Positions 51,068 to 60,062 of a DNA stretch of 64,000 nt are shown one piece after another. The notes beneath the pieces are model-generated. The model saw only the letters and a list, made by a program, of their open reading frames with translations, did no database searches and was not told the origin of the DNA. How positions within the stretch are numbered: the first letter of the stretch is position 1; each line of letters opens with the position of its first letter. The stretch lies in sequence record DRR378314_445; one strand, written 5' to 3'. The position numbers and the translations under genes were made by a program.

Positions 51068-51853
51068 TTAAAAGCCGTGAAATTCCAGCCAGCCTTTTAT
51101 AGTAGAGATTAATTCACGCTGCCCGGTGTTACCGGAATTAACCAGCTGACGCTGGCGGTACGCTGGGTGCTGGTATTTATTCGCTAGTTTTTTACGCAAG
51201 GCCCAGTGTTCACTCACCCAACGGTTAGCTTCCGCACTGCGAATATCGAGAACCGGCAGTTGCGACTGACTAATGCGTTCAGCAAGAGTGCGGTTATACT
51301 GAAACTGAGGCACATAAGCGTTAACCAATACAATAGCATCGGGCATTATTGAAGGCTCACTTTCCAGCAAACGCAGGGCTATGTCTGCGGTAATTCCTTC
51401 TACTACCCATACAGAAAAGCCCGGGCGGTCCAGGGTTTCGTCCAGCAGCAAAGTCATGCGTTGCTGCAAAGCATTCACTGGTGCCGTAAAGACCTCTTCG
51501 TCTGCAGCCTCAGGGAAATGCGTTGTCGTAGCAGGTGTCTGTAAATTGTCTGTACGTATGTCGTTGTCGGGCGGGGTTAAAGCCCAGGTGGTCCAGCCAA
51601 AATCCGGTGCGTTTTCATAAACCGGGCGAATATAAAAAGACTGCAGTGGATGGTAGTACCAATCTGGTAAAAGCACCATTTGCCCGCGCTCAAAGGCCTG
51701 CAAGTACTCTTTCTTTAACGCTAAATAGCGTTCGCCGTCATTTCCGGTTAACCAATGGAGTTGGTCTTGCGGCAAATAACGTTCTAGGTCGTCCTGGCTT
51801 ACTGCGGGGCTGATGAAAACAACCGCCAGCAGAATTATTAGATAGCGCTTCAT
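51068..51853 (-). CDS. Exported alpha/beta-hydrolase-like protein (DUF3530-like)
   Basis: Signal peptide; GWTTWAL, PVLDI, YRQRQL and terminal IKGWL. Confidence 0.7.
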   Translation of the reverse strand: MKRYLIILLAVVFISPAVSQDDLERYLPQDQLHWLTGNDGERYLALKKEYLQAFERGQMVLLPDWYYHPLQSFYIRPVYENAPDFGWTTWALTPPDNDIRTDNLQTPATTTHFPEAADEEVFTAPVNALQQRMTLLLDETLDRPGFSVWVVEGITADIALRLLESEPSIMPDAIVLVNAYVPQFQYNRTLAERISQSQLPVLDIRSAEANRWVSEHWALRKKLANKYQHPAYRQRQLVNSGNTGQRELISTIKGWLEFHGF

Positions 51854-51860
51854 GCAGTCT

Positions 51861-51887
51861 GTATCGGCTGAAGCGGCGCTAGCTTGA
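51861..51887 (-). promoter_or_regulatory. Sigma28 (FliA) promoter
   Basis: Minus strand reads TCAA-N15-GCCGATAC, against consensus TAAA-N15-GCCGATAA; it ends 7 nt before the ATG. Confidence 0.6.
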
Positions 51888-51897
51888 GCGCAAATTG

Positions 51898-52554
51898 CTA
51901 AAACTGAACGGGGCTGAAAAACTCTATAGGTTGTTCGGTTTGCGGATGGGTTACGCCAAGGTATTCCGCATGCAGTAATAAACGCTCAGCAGCAGCGAAA
52001 GCATCGCTGTGTGCATAGAATTTATCTCCAAGTATAGGGCAGCCGATGGCCTGCATATGAACTCTGAGCTGATGTGAGCGTCCGGTATGAGGTGTCAGTT
52101 CAAGGCGGCTACAACCGTTATCAAAATCCGTTACACGATAAAAGGTCGTGCTGGGTTTGCCGGTGAAAAAATCCATGTGCTGGCGCGGGCGATTGGGCCA
52201 GTCGCAGGACAACGGCAACTCTATTTCCCCTTGCGGAGAAGGTGGTTTGCCCCAAACTCGGGCAATATACCTTTTACTGGTTGTGCGATTCTGAAACTGC
52301 CGGTTCAGGTGACTTTGCGCGGCTTTAGTTTTTGCCAGTAAAAGAACTCCGGAAGTTGCCATATCCAGCCGGTGGACCACTCTTATTTCTGGGTGTACGC
52401 GCTGTACTCGGGTATAAACCGAGTCTTTATGTTCTGGTCGCTTGCCCGGAACACTGAGCAGCCCGCTTTGCTTATCAACCACCAACAACTGGCTGTCCTC
52501 ATAGATAACCTGAAGAAATGGCGTTGTCGGCGGCTGATAATGGAGCAGCGTCAT
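51898..52554 (-). CDS. rluA: 23S rRNA/tRNA pseudouridine synthase RluA
   Basis: GLLSVPG, HRLDMATSG, DWPNRP, TGRSHQLRVH and GDKFY; coupled to rapA through TAATG. Confidence 0.95.
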   Translation of the reverse strand: MTLLHYQPPTTPFLQVIYEDSQLLVVDKQSGLLSVPGKRPEHKDSVYTRVQRVHPEIRVVHRLDMATSGVLLLAKTKAAQSHLNRQFQNRTTSKRYIARVWGKPPSPQGEIELPLSCDWPNRPRQHMDFFTGKPSTTFYRVTDFDNGCSRLELTPHTGRSHQLRVHMQAIGCPILGDKFYAHSDAFAAAERLLLHAEYLGVTHPQTEQPIEFFSPVQF

Positions 52555-55214
52555 TAATGGTTATTCACCAGGATACGCACTGCCTGAAGCGATAACTGCG
52601 GGCTTTCCAGCGCCGCCGTAATTTGCTCTTCGCGCCAATTTATCGCCTCTATTTCACTGTTGCGTACCGACGGGTTTTTCTTCCGTAATTCCAGCAGGCG
52701 CGTGCGTTCGTGTTGCAGTGCAGCGAGCGCATTTTGCTTTACTTCATCCAACTGCTTTTGCTGCCACTCACGAGCCTGTTGCTGGCCGGACTGAATAATC
52801 TTTTGCGCCGGGTCACGTAACTGACGCAATATCTGCCGTGCGGTTTTTTTATCAATAAAGCTGGATTGTTGGTCCAGCAGCTCGCGTGACACTTTAGCGG
52901 ACAGCTCCTGACCCTGACCATTAAACAACAGACGTAAACTCTGCAATGGGCAGAACTCCTGCAATGCCGCGGCTTTAGGCGCCGGTACTATGCTGGCAAA
53001 GTCCAGTTCCAGGAACCAGCTGCCAGCCGGAATAGCCGGGTTTTTCAGCTCTGCAACGCAGGTGCTGCCAAAGTCATCTGCAGTCAGCAGTTCAAGCGCA
53101 GCCTGCACCATGGGGTGATCCCAACTTAAAAAGTCAGTATCTTCAAAGTTCAGTGCGGTCACCCTGTCAAAGGTTATGGTGATGCCATCATCCGGCAGTC
53201 CCGGCAGGCTGCCGACACGCATATGCTCACCCGGGCGAATAAACCAGCGCTCTTCATCCAGCACTTCGTTAGTCACGCCAAAACGGTCAAAGAAGGCAAT
53301 CATAAAGTCGGCCAGAGTGTCGGTATCGCTGTCGCTATGAATTTGTTCTATGATTTTTTCAGCAGTTTCAGGACGACAGGCGTTTAGTGCCTGCAACTTG
53401 TCCTGCCCTTCACGGTTCCGTTCCAGCCAGGTTTTGTGCAGTTCTTTCGTCTGCTCCAGCAACTCGTCACTGAGTGGCTTCTGCTCAGCAACAGCCTGCT
53501 CAATGTCCGTACCAAAAGCATCGTACAGTTTACGGCCTATCGCATTACATTGAGAGAAGGCGTTCATACCCTGCTCGTACCATGGCAGCAATATGGCTTC
53601 CGCCGAGCCTTTGCAGTAAGGCAGGTAAATATCAATATTTTGCTGCTGGCCAATGCGGTCTAAGCGGCCAATACGCTGTTCCAGCAGGTCAGGGTTCGTT
53701 GGCAAGTCGAACAGAATCAGTTGATGAACAAACTGAAAGTTACGACCTTCACTGCCAATTTCTGAGCACAGCAGAATAGGGCTGCCGTCTTCTTCGCTGG
53801 CAAAAAAGGCGGCGGAGCGGTCACGTTCGGTCAGCGTCATACTTTCATGGAAGGTTGCCGCCTGTACCCCCGCCAGTACGCGCAAGGCTTCCGACAAATC
53901 CAGTACTTGCTCTGCCGTTTTGCATATCAGCAGTGCTTTTTCCGATCGGTTCTGTTTAATGTGATTCAATAACCAGTCAATGCGCGGATCTTCCATCCAC
54001 CAGGGCATGTCTTCATCGGGTTCGCATTCATCCAGTTCTACCGGATGAAAATGGCGTTCAGGAAAACCGCCAATATCGGCCCTACGGTTACGGAACATAA
54101 CGCGGCCAGTACCATGTTTATCCAGCAGGTCATCGAGTTCTGCCGGGTCAGTAACAGACTCGGCTTGTTCTGCTAATTCTTTATACTGTGTTTGCTCTTG
54201 CTGGAAACTAGCAAAGTCGGAAAACCTGTCCGGGTCCAGTAGCTGCAGTCGCTGGAAATGGCCTTCGGCACCTTCTTGCTCCGGGGTTGCCGTTAACAGC
54301 AACAAGCCGGGTACCGCTTTACAAAGGCTTTTAACCGCACTAAATTCCGGTGCCTCGGGCTGTAAATGGTGCGCTTCGTCAATAATCAGCAGATCGAATT
54401 CCGCCTCAAGCAACGCCTGACTCCAGCGCGACTCGTGCATAAAGCGGCTACTGATAATAATGTGCTGTTCAGTTAAAAACGGATTTTCACTGTCGGCTTC
54501 CGCCTGCTCGCAACGCTCATCATCAAACAGAGTAAAGTTCAGCGCAAAGCGGCGGCGTAACTCAACCAGCCACTGATGCATTAAAGATTCCGGTACCACA
54601 ATTAAGACCCGCTGCGAGCGGCCGGTATTCAGGCGGCGCTTGATGATCATGCCGGCTTCAATGGTTTTACCTAAGCCCACTTCATCGGCTAAAAGCACTC
54701 GCGGGTGGTAACGGTCGGCAACAGTTTTGGCAATATACAACTGGTGCGGCAGCAAATGGGTACGAACACCTAATAAACCGGCAACCTCACTGGCCTGATG
54801 ATGCGCCAGGTGTTCACTGGCTTCGCAGCGCAGCTGATACATATCCAGGCGGTCGGCCTGGCCGGCCAGTAAACGGGTTAATGCCGGATTACTGTCCACC
54901 TGATGTGATAACTGGGTTTCCGGAACCACAACCGGCTCCTGGTTGTCATCGCGTAAACCATGGTAGGTCACAATACCCTGTGACTCTGTCAGCTCCTGAA
55001 TTGTGAAGCTCCAGCCATCGGCGTGTTTGCCCTGTTGCTGTACTTGCAGTTGATAACGGGCCAGAGGGGCTTCCTGAGCTGAATACAGTCGCACTTCACC
55101 GGTTGCGGGGAACATCACGGTTAAGTGACGCCCTTCGGCCTGGGTGATCATGCCTAGCCCTAATTCGGTTTCAGTTTCACTAAGGTAACGCTGTCCAACT
55201 CTAAACTCGCTCAC
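52554..55214 (-). CDS. rapA: RNA polymerase-associated protein RapA (SNF2 family)
   Basis: GQRYLS..E..LGLG, LADEVGLGKT, DEAHH, LTATP, SEIGSEGRNFQ and EQRIGRLDRIGQ; GTG at 55214 follows SD GGGAG. Confidence 0.96.
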   Translation of the reverse strand: MSEFRVGQRYLSETETELGLGMITQAEGRHLTVMFPATGEVRLYSAQEAPLARYQLQVQQQGKHADGWSFTIQELTESQGIVTYHGLRDDNQEPVVVPETQLSHQVDSNPALTRLLAGQADRLDMYQLRCEASEHLAHHQASEVAGLLGVRTHLLPHQLYIAKTVADRYHPRVLLADEVGLGKTIEAGMIIKRRLNTGRSQRVLIVVPESLMHQWLVELRRRFALNFTLFDDERCEQAEADSENPFLTEQHIIISSRFMHESRWSQALLEAEFDLLIIDEAHHLQPEAPEFSAVKSLCKAVPGLLLLTATPEQEGAEGHFQRLQLLDPDRFSDFASFQQEQTQYKELAEQAESVTDPAELDDLLDKHGTGRVMFRNRRADIGGFPERHFHPVELDECEPDEDMPWWMEDPRIDWLLNHIKQNRSEKALLICKTAEQVLDLSEALRVLAGVQAATFHESMTLTERDRSAAFFASEEDGSPILLCSEIGSEGRNFQFVHQLILFDLPTNPDLLEQRIGRLDRIGQQQNIDIYLPYCKGSAEAILLPWYEQGMNAFSQCNAIGRKLYDAFGTDIEQAVAEQKPLSDELLEQTKELHKTWLERNREGQDKLQALNACRPETAEKIIEQIHSDSDTDTLADFMIAFFDRFGVTNEVLDEERWFIRPGEHMRVGSLPGLPDDGITITFDRVTALNFEDTDFLSWDHPMVQAALELLTADDFGSTCVAELKNPAIPAGSWFLELDFASIVPAPKAAALQEFCPLQSLRLLFNGQGQELSAKVSRELLDQQSSFIDKKTARQILRQLRDPAQKIIQSGQQQAREWQQKQLDEVKQNALAALQHERTRLLELRKKNPSVRNSEIEAINWREEQITAALESPQLSLQAVRILVNNH

Positions 55215-55291
55215 TACACACTCCCGCGCGCCATTTACCAAGGTCGCAATGGTACTTAATTCGCTCGCCAATTCCGAGGAAAAATTTATTT

Positions 55292-55309
55292 CTGTAACCG
55301 TTGTGTCAT
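55292..55309 (+). promoter_or_regulatory. Putative Pho box upstream of the PIN-PhoH gene
   Basis: CTGTAAC-CGTT-GTGTCAT, an 11-bp-period repeat resembling CTGTCAT-N4-CTGTCAY, followed by TAAGCT at 55321. Confidence 0.4.
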
Positions 55310-55363
55310 GAATTTTAGGCTAAGCTGTAAGAAAAGAATAATCACATGCAAAGGTACGCGCTA

Positions 55364-56749
55364 ATGACAACAAACGCTGGCAAGTTCTTTATCCTGGATA
55401 CCAACATTCTTCTGCACGACCCTCTCGCTTTTCTCAACTTCGATGAACACAACGTGGTTATCCCTATGGTGGTTCTGGAAGAGCTCGACAATATAAAAGA
55501 TCGAAATAGAGATGTGAGCCGCGAAGCACGGGTCGCCATTCGCTCGCTCGAGGAGGTTTTGAAAGAGGCCACACCGGAAGAAATTGTTGCTGGTGTTCCG
55601 TTAAACAGGGTGCAAGGCGAGCATACGGCGAACGGAACCCTGGCCATTTTTCCCGACTATCAGCTGGAGCAGACCGAGTCAGTGTTGTCGCTGGCAGAGA
55701 ACGACCACCGCATTATTCAGGCGGCACTGGAAATTCAACGGGAGCGCTCGCCGGCTGGCGTGGTGCTGGTTACCAAAGACATCAATATGCGCCTGAAAGC
55801 CAAAGGCGCAGGTATGAAGTACGTTGATGATTATCGCACCGACCAGCTTATTGACGACATTCGCTTGCTGACCAAAGGGTTTTATAAGTTTGAAGGTGAC
55901 TTCTGGTCGCAGGTGGGTGAAGTCCAAACGCAGCAGGAAGGCCGCGATGCTTACCACACGGTGAGTCGCGAATTGCTGCCTCAGGTTTTTGCTAATGAAT
56001 ACATTATTGACTCAACCAATAATTTTGCGGCGCGGGTGGAAGAATACGACAGCGAAACTGTAACGCTGATGGATTTAAGCGTAGAAAGGATGATGTCTTA
56101 TGGAGCCTGGGGTGTTCACCCGAAGAATATTTATCAGGCTATGGCATTGCACGCTTTACTGGATACCAGTATGGATATGGTGACTCTCACCGGCCCGGCC
56201 GGTAGTGGTAAGACGTTTCTCGCCCTCTCCGCAGCATTGCAAATGGTGGTGGAGCAGGGTATTTATGAGAAAATTATCGTTACCCGCAATACGCCTGAAA
56301 TTGCCGAATCTATTGGTTATTTGCCCGGCACCGAAGAAGAAAAAATGGCACCCTGGCTGTCGGCCATAACAGACTCTCTGGAAGCTCTGCATAAGCAGGA
56401 TGAGAGCATGGAATCGAGCCTGAATTACATAATGAAAAAGGCCAACATTCAGTTTAAATCGCTGAACTTTATGCGCGGGCGTAGCATACAAAATGCCATT
56501 GTTATTCTGGATGAAGCTCAGAATTTAACCGCGTCTCAGCTAAAAACGCTTATTACCCGCTGTGGCGAGAACACCAAATTAGTGGTGTCGGGTAACCTGG
56601 CGCAAATTGATAGTTACTACTTAACCGCGGTAACCTCGGGGCTGACTTACATCGTTGAGCGGTTTAAAGACTATCCGGGTAGTGCAACCATCAACTTAAA
56701 CGGTGTGGTGCGAAGTCCACTTGCTAAATTTGCGGAAGAGCACCTGTAG
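55364..56749 (+). CDS. PIN-domain plus PhoH-family ATPase
   Basis: PIN motifs LDTN, VLEELD, NDHRII and VTKDINMR; PhoH motifs GPAGSGKT, GYLPG, MRGRS, DEAQN and QID. Confidence 0.93.
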   Translation: MTTNAGKFFILDTNILLHDPLAFLNFDEHNVVIPMVVLEELDNIKDRNRDVSREARVAIRSLEEVLKEATPEEIVAGVPLNRVQGEHTANGTLAIFPDYQLEQTESVLSLAENDHRIIQAALEIQRERSPAGVVLVTKDINMRLKAKGAGMKYVDDYRTDQLIDDIRLLTKGFYKFEGDFWSQVGEVQTQQEGRDAYHTVSRELLPQVFANEYIIDSTNNFAARVEEYDSETVTLMDLSVERMMSYGAWGVHPKNIYQAMALHALLDTSMDMVTLTGPAGSGKTFLALSAALQMVVEQGIYEKIIVTRNTPEIAESIGYLPGTEEEKMAPWLSAITDSLEALHKQDESMESSLNYIMKKANIQFKSLNFMRGRSIQNAIVILDEAQNLTASQLKTLITRCGENTKLVVSGNLAQIDSYYLTAVTSGLTYIVERFKDYPGSATINLNGVVRSPLAKFAEEHL

Positions 56750-57709
56750 TCAGTTGAGTGGTACCACGGTGTACTGCTGAGTTTCTACCTGAAATTTAGT
56801 CTTTTCGCTAACCTGGCCCATCGGCATTGCTGCGGGGCCAGTCACATCAACCAGCACGTAATTACTCCCTTGGTGTTTAACTGCCGTATCCCCGGGTTGC
56901 CTGCTAATAGCAATGCCAAAAACTGCGTGCTCAGGCAAATAAATAATGGCCATTTTGGGCGTTTCGATAATTTGCTTTATAACCGAGGTCATTAAGGTGA
57001 CTTTGCTGTCGCAGTCCCCCTGATTGTAATAAAGCAACTGGTTTGGAGGGACAAAGCCATCGCCCCGGCTATCCAGTTTGCTGTTTAAGTCGTTGTACGG
57101 TATTTGCTGAATAAAACTGGCGACATAGTTGATGTAATTTCTTTGGGTATTCGTACCCAGTTGTTCACCAATGGCCTGTATTAACGGTCTTAGAGTTGGA
57201 GTAACTTCACTGGCTATAGCCGGGTGGTCGGGAATAATACCCTGCTCTCCGGGAGGCAGGGTCAACTGACGGTAGAAGTTTGCATCCAGATAGTCATGCC
57301 AGCGTTCGTTATAGTAATCACGCAAACGCCTTTTGTAGTCGTTAAACTGTTGCTGTTTTTGTGCTGTTCTGGCGTTTGCCGTAACTAACTCAACGGACTG
57401 CTGGCGCGGAGTTAAACGAGCCTGAATGCCTTGCCACTGCTGTTGCTTAATGTAACGGTTGAGTTGATGTGCCAGTTCGCGTTGACTGCGTTCACGATTA
57501 AACCCGCGATAACGCTTAAGCGGTTGTAAGAACTCTTTTTTATCGACCTGAAAACTGAATGACTGTTGACGGTCATCGAAATCGCGCCACTGGTAAGAAA
57601 AAACAAGTTGTTCGTTATCGGTTTCATTAAGCTGGAAAAAGTTTTGGCTGTAGGCGACAGAGGGGATGACAAAGAGTAACCAGACAACAGCACAGAGTTT
57701 ATGTGTCAT
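56750..57709 (-). CDS. Exported hypothetical protein with transglutaminase-like Cys-His-Asp motifs
   Basis: Signal peptide; FIQQIPY, GDCDSK, PEHAVFGI and YVLVDVTG; SD GGGAG. Confidence 0.7.
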   Translation of the reverse strand: MTHKLCAVVWLLFVIPSVAYSQNFFQLNETDNEQLVFSYQWRDFDDRQQSFSFQVDKKEFLQPLKRYRGFNRERSQRELAHQLNRYIKQQQWQGIQARLTPRQQSVELVTANARTAQKQQQFNDYKRRLRDYYNERWHDYLDANFYRQLTLPPGEQGIIPDHPAIASEVTPTLRPLIQAIGEQLGTNTQRNYINYVASFIQQIPYNDLNSKLDSRGDGFVPPNQLLYYNQGDCDSKVTLMTSVIKQIIETPKMAIIYLPEHAVFGIAISRQPGDTAVKHQGSNYVLVDVTGPAAMPMGQVSEKTKFQVETQQYTVVPLN

Positions 57710-57730
57710 TCTGGTTACTCCCGTTAATTT

Positions 57731-58021
57731 CTAGAACTTCATTTCTGTAATAGGACTGTCTTCAAATTTAAGGTCAACTTGATACTCGACGCCACCGGCA
57801 CGAACAAAAAAGTAGGTTTTATCTTTTTTAAAGACTTCCTGCAGCGTTACAATCCGGAAACCCGGGCGACGCTCAGCCGACATGTCCGTTAATTCTACAG
57901 AGCCGCGCGAAACCAATATGTTTTGGTAACGAGGACCAGTAATTAAAAGCAGTTTTTTATTTTCATCTTTCAGTAAAATGGTGTTACCTGTTACTGAATA
58001 GGGTTCTTCATTACCAAACAA
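57731..58021 (-). CDS. Hypothetical protein, 96 aa
   Basis: TTG start with SD AGGAG 7 nt upstream; fills the gap between co-oriented genes; no motif recognised. Confidence 0.6.
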   Translation of the reverse strand: MFGNEEPYSVTGNTILLKDENKKLLLITGPRYQNILVSRGSVELTDMSAERRPGFRIVTLQEVFKKDKTYFFVRAGGVEYQVDLKFEDSPITEMKF

Positions 58022-58058
58022 GGCCAGCTCCTATCGCTTTAACTTATTACTGACGACA

Positions 58059-58493
58059 CTATAACGAATTATCGCTTTTTGGCAAATAACCGTTCATAAA
58101 ATCTTCAACAATAATTAATGCAGCCTGACTATCAACCGCACCTTTTTTCAGTTTACGAAAGCCTCCTTCAGCAAACAGGCTTTCTCGTGCCGAGGTCGAA
58201 GTCAGGCGTTCGTCCTGAAATGCTACGGGTAAACCGAAGCGCCCATGTAAACGGTTACCAAACTTTTTGGCTCTTTGAGTTAGCGGCTGTTCGGTGCCAT
58301 CCATATTTAAGGGCAGACCCACTACCAACTGTTCGGGTTGCCATTCGGCAAACAGCTTTTCAATCAGTTGCCAGTCGGGAATGCCTTCTTTGGCCTTAAT
58401 AGCTGCTAAAGGCGATGCGGTTGCTGTTATGGTCTGGCCCACCGCAACGCCAATACTTTTGGTGCCAAAGTCAAAGCCTATTACTGTGCTCAT
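58059..58493 (-). CDS. yqgF: Pre-16S rRNA nuclease / RuvX (YqgF)
   Basis: [25 protein letters not shown] and VDSQAA; the ATG overlaps the yqgE stop. Confidence 0.96.
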   Translation of the reverse strand: MSTVIGFDFGTKSIGVAVGQTITATASPLAAIKAKEGIPDWQLIEKLFAEWQPEQLVVGLPLNMDGTEQPLTQRAKKFGNRLHGRFGLPVAFQDERLTSTSARESLFAEGGFRKLKKGAVDSQAALIIVEDFMNGYLPKSDNSL

Positions 58494-59047
58494 GCGTGTC
58501 CTACATCCGGCCCCAGTTGCCACACGTCAAACCCCAGTTGTTCGGTGGCTTTTTGCCAACGCTCGGAGGGTGGTGTATTGAACAGCAGCTCCGGGTCTGC
58601 CGGAATAGCCAGCCAGGAATTTTCCCCTAGCTCCTCTTCCAGTTGTCCTGCCTCCCAACCTGCGTAGCCTAAAGTCAGAAGAAACTGCGGTGGCGCAGCA
58701 GATGACCCAAGAGCTTCCAGAATATCGCGCGAGGTGGTCACCATAATATCGTCACTCATCTTCTGGCTGGCGCGCCAATTGTCCTGCGGAGGGTGGATCA
58801 CAAAGCCACGCTCACGGCCTACAGGCCCGCCCTGATAAACGCTGCCCTGTAAGTGCTGGTTATTTTCCGGGTAAACAATTTCCAGTTTATCCAGCAGCGA
58901 GGTTACGCTTAAATCGGCCGGCTGATTAATAACTAAGCCCATAGCGCCTTCTTCATTGTGCTCGCAGATATAGGTCACGGTCCGTTTAAACATTGGATCG
59001 TTCAGCATAGGTGTTGCTATCAATAAATGGTTCTGCAAACTGTTCAT
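58490..59047 (-). CDS. yqgE: YqgE/AlgH family protein
   Basis: [35 protein letters not shown] and terminal GHA. Confidence 0.96.
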   Translation of the reverse strand: MNSLQNHLLIATPMLNDPMFKRTVTYICEHNEEGAMGLVINQPADLSVTSLLDKLEIVYPENNQHLQGSVYQGGPVGRERGFVIHPPQDNWRASQKMSDDIMVTTSRDILEALGSSAAPPQFLLTLGYAGWEAGQLEEELGENSWLAIPADPELLFNTPPSERWQKATEQLGFDVWQLGPDVGHA

Positions 59048-59084
59048 CGATTCACCGACTCCTTAACGATAATCTCTACTTACA

Positions 59085-59111
59085 ACATGGGGGCGCATAG
59101 TTGAATTTCAA
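59085..59111 (-). promoter_or_regulatory. Sigma32 (RpoH) promoter upstream of yqgE
   Basis: Minus strand reads TTGAAA-N13-CCCCATGT, matching TTGAAA-N13/14-CCCCATnT; the -35 overlaps the gshB stop codon. Confidence 0.75.
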
Positions 59112-60052
59112 TTCAGTTTTGCTTCTATTGCCTTAAAGACCTGTTCAGCAATATTAATGTCGTAGGCGTTTTCAATTTCGCGCATGCAGGTTGGGCTGGT
59201 CACATTTATTTCCGTAATGCGATCACCAATAACGTCCAGGCCAACAATAATGAGCCCACGCTTTTTCAGTTCCGGTGCCACTTTACGAGCCAGAGCCCAG
59301 TCACTGTCCGATAAAGGCTGAGCGCGGCCGCTGCCTCCGGCGGCAAGGTTTCCACGGGTTTCTCCGGCGCTGGGAATACGCGCTAAAGAATAAGGCACAG
59401 GCTCACCATCAATAATTAAAATGCGCTTGTCGCCGTCTTTAATCTCTGGCAAGTACTTTTGCACCATGGCGTAGCGCTGACCTTTCTCAGTCAGAGTTTC
59501 AATAATAACGCCTAAGTTACTGCCATCGGCGCCCACTTTAAAAATTGAAGCGCCACCCATACCGTCCAGCGGTTTTAAAATCACCTCACCATGCTTTTTA
59601 TGGAAAGCTTTAATGACATCCGCTCTGGAACTCACTAGCGTGTCGGCAATAGAATCCGCGAACCACGAAGTAAAGAGTTTTTCGTTGCAGTCACGCAGGC
59701 TCTGCGGTTTATTCACCACCAGGCTACCGCGTTGCTCGGCCAGTTCCAGAATTTGCGTGGCGTATAAAAACTCGCTGTCAAAGGGGGGATCTTTACGCAT
59801 CATAATGACGTCAAAATCCTCCAGCGGACGGTATTCACTGTCGCTTAAGCTGTAAAAGTCCGTCTTTTGATCTTGAACGCGAACTTCCCGTGCAAAGGCC
59901 ATTGGTTGACCGTTATCAATAACTAAGTCGCCCATTTCCAGATAGAAACACTGATAACCACGCGCCTGAGCTTCCAACAATAAACGAAAGCTCGTGTCTT
60001 TTTCGGTTTTAACGGTGGCGATAGGGTCCATCACCATAGCTAACTTCTTCAT
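59108..60052 (-). CDS. gshB: Glutathione synthetase
   Basis: VMDPI, MRKDPPFD, NEKLF, KPLDGMGG, RGNLAAGG and EINVTSPT. Confidence 0.98.
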   Translation of the reverse strand: MKKLAMVMDPIATVKTEKDTSFRLLLEAQARGYQCFYLEMGDLVIDNGQPMAFAREVRVQDQKTDFYSLSDSEYRPLEDFDVIMMRKDPPFDSEFLYATQILELAEQRGSLVVNKPQSLRDCNEKLFTSWFADSIADTLVSSRADVIKAFHKKHGEVILKPLDGMGGASIFKVGADGSNLGVIIETLTEKGQRYAMVQKYLPEIKDGDKRILIIDGEPVPYSLARIPSAGETRGNLAAGGSGRAQPLSDSDWALARKVAPELKKRGLIIVGLDVIGDRITEINVTSPTCMREIENAYDINIAEQVFKAIEAKLN

Positions 60053-60062
60053 GTAAACTCCT

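Noticed and set aside
52554..56749. SNF2 helicase plus PIN-ATPase as an anti-phage defence pair
   Set aside because: The helicase has RapA-specific termini and the usual rluA linkage. The two genes are divergent, and both belong to widespread non-defence families.
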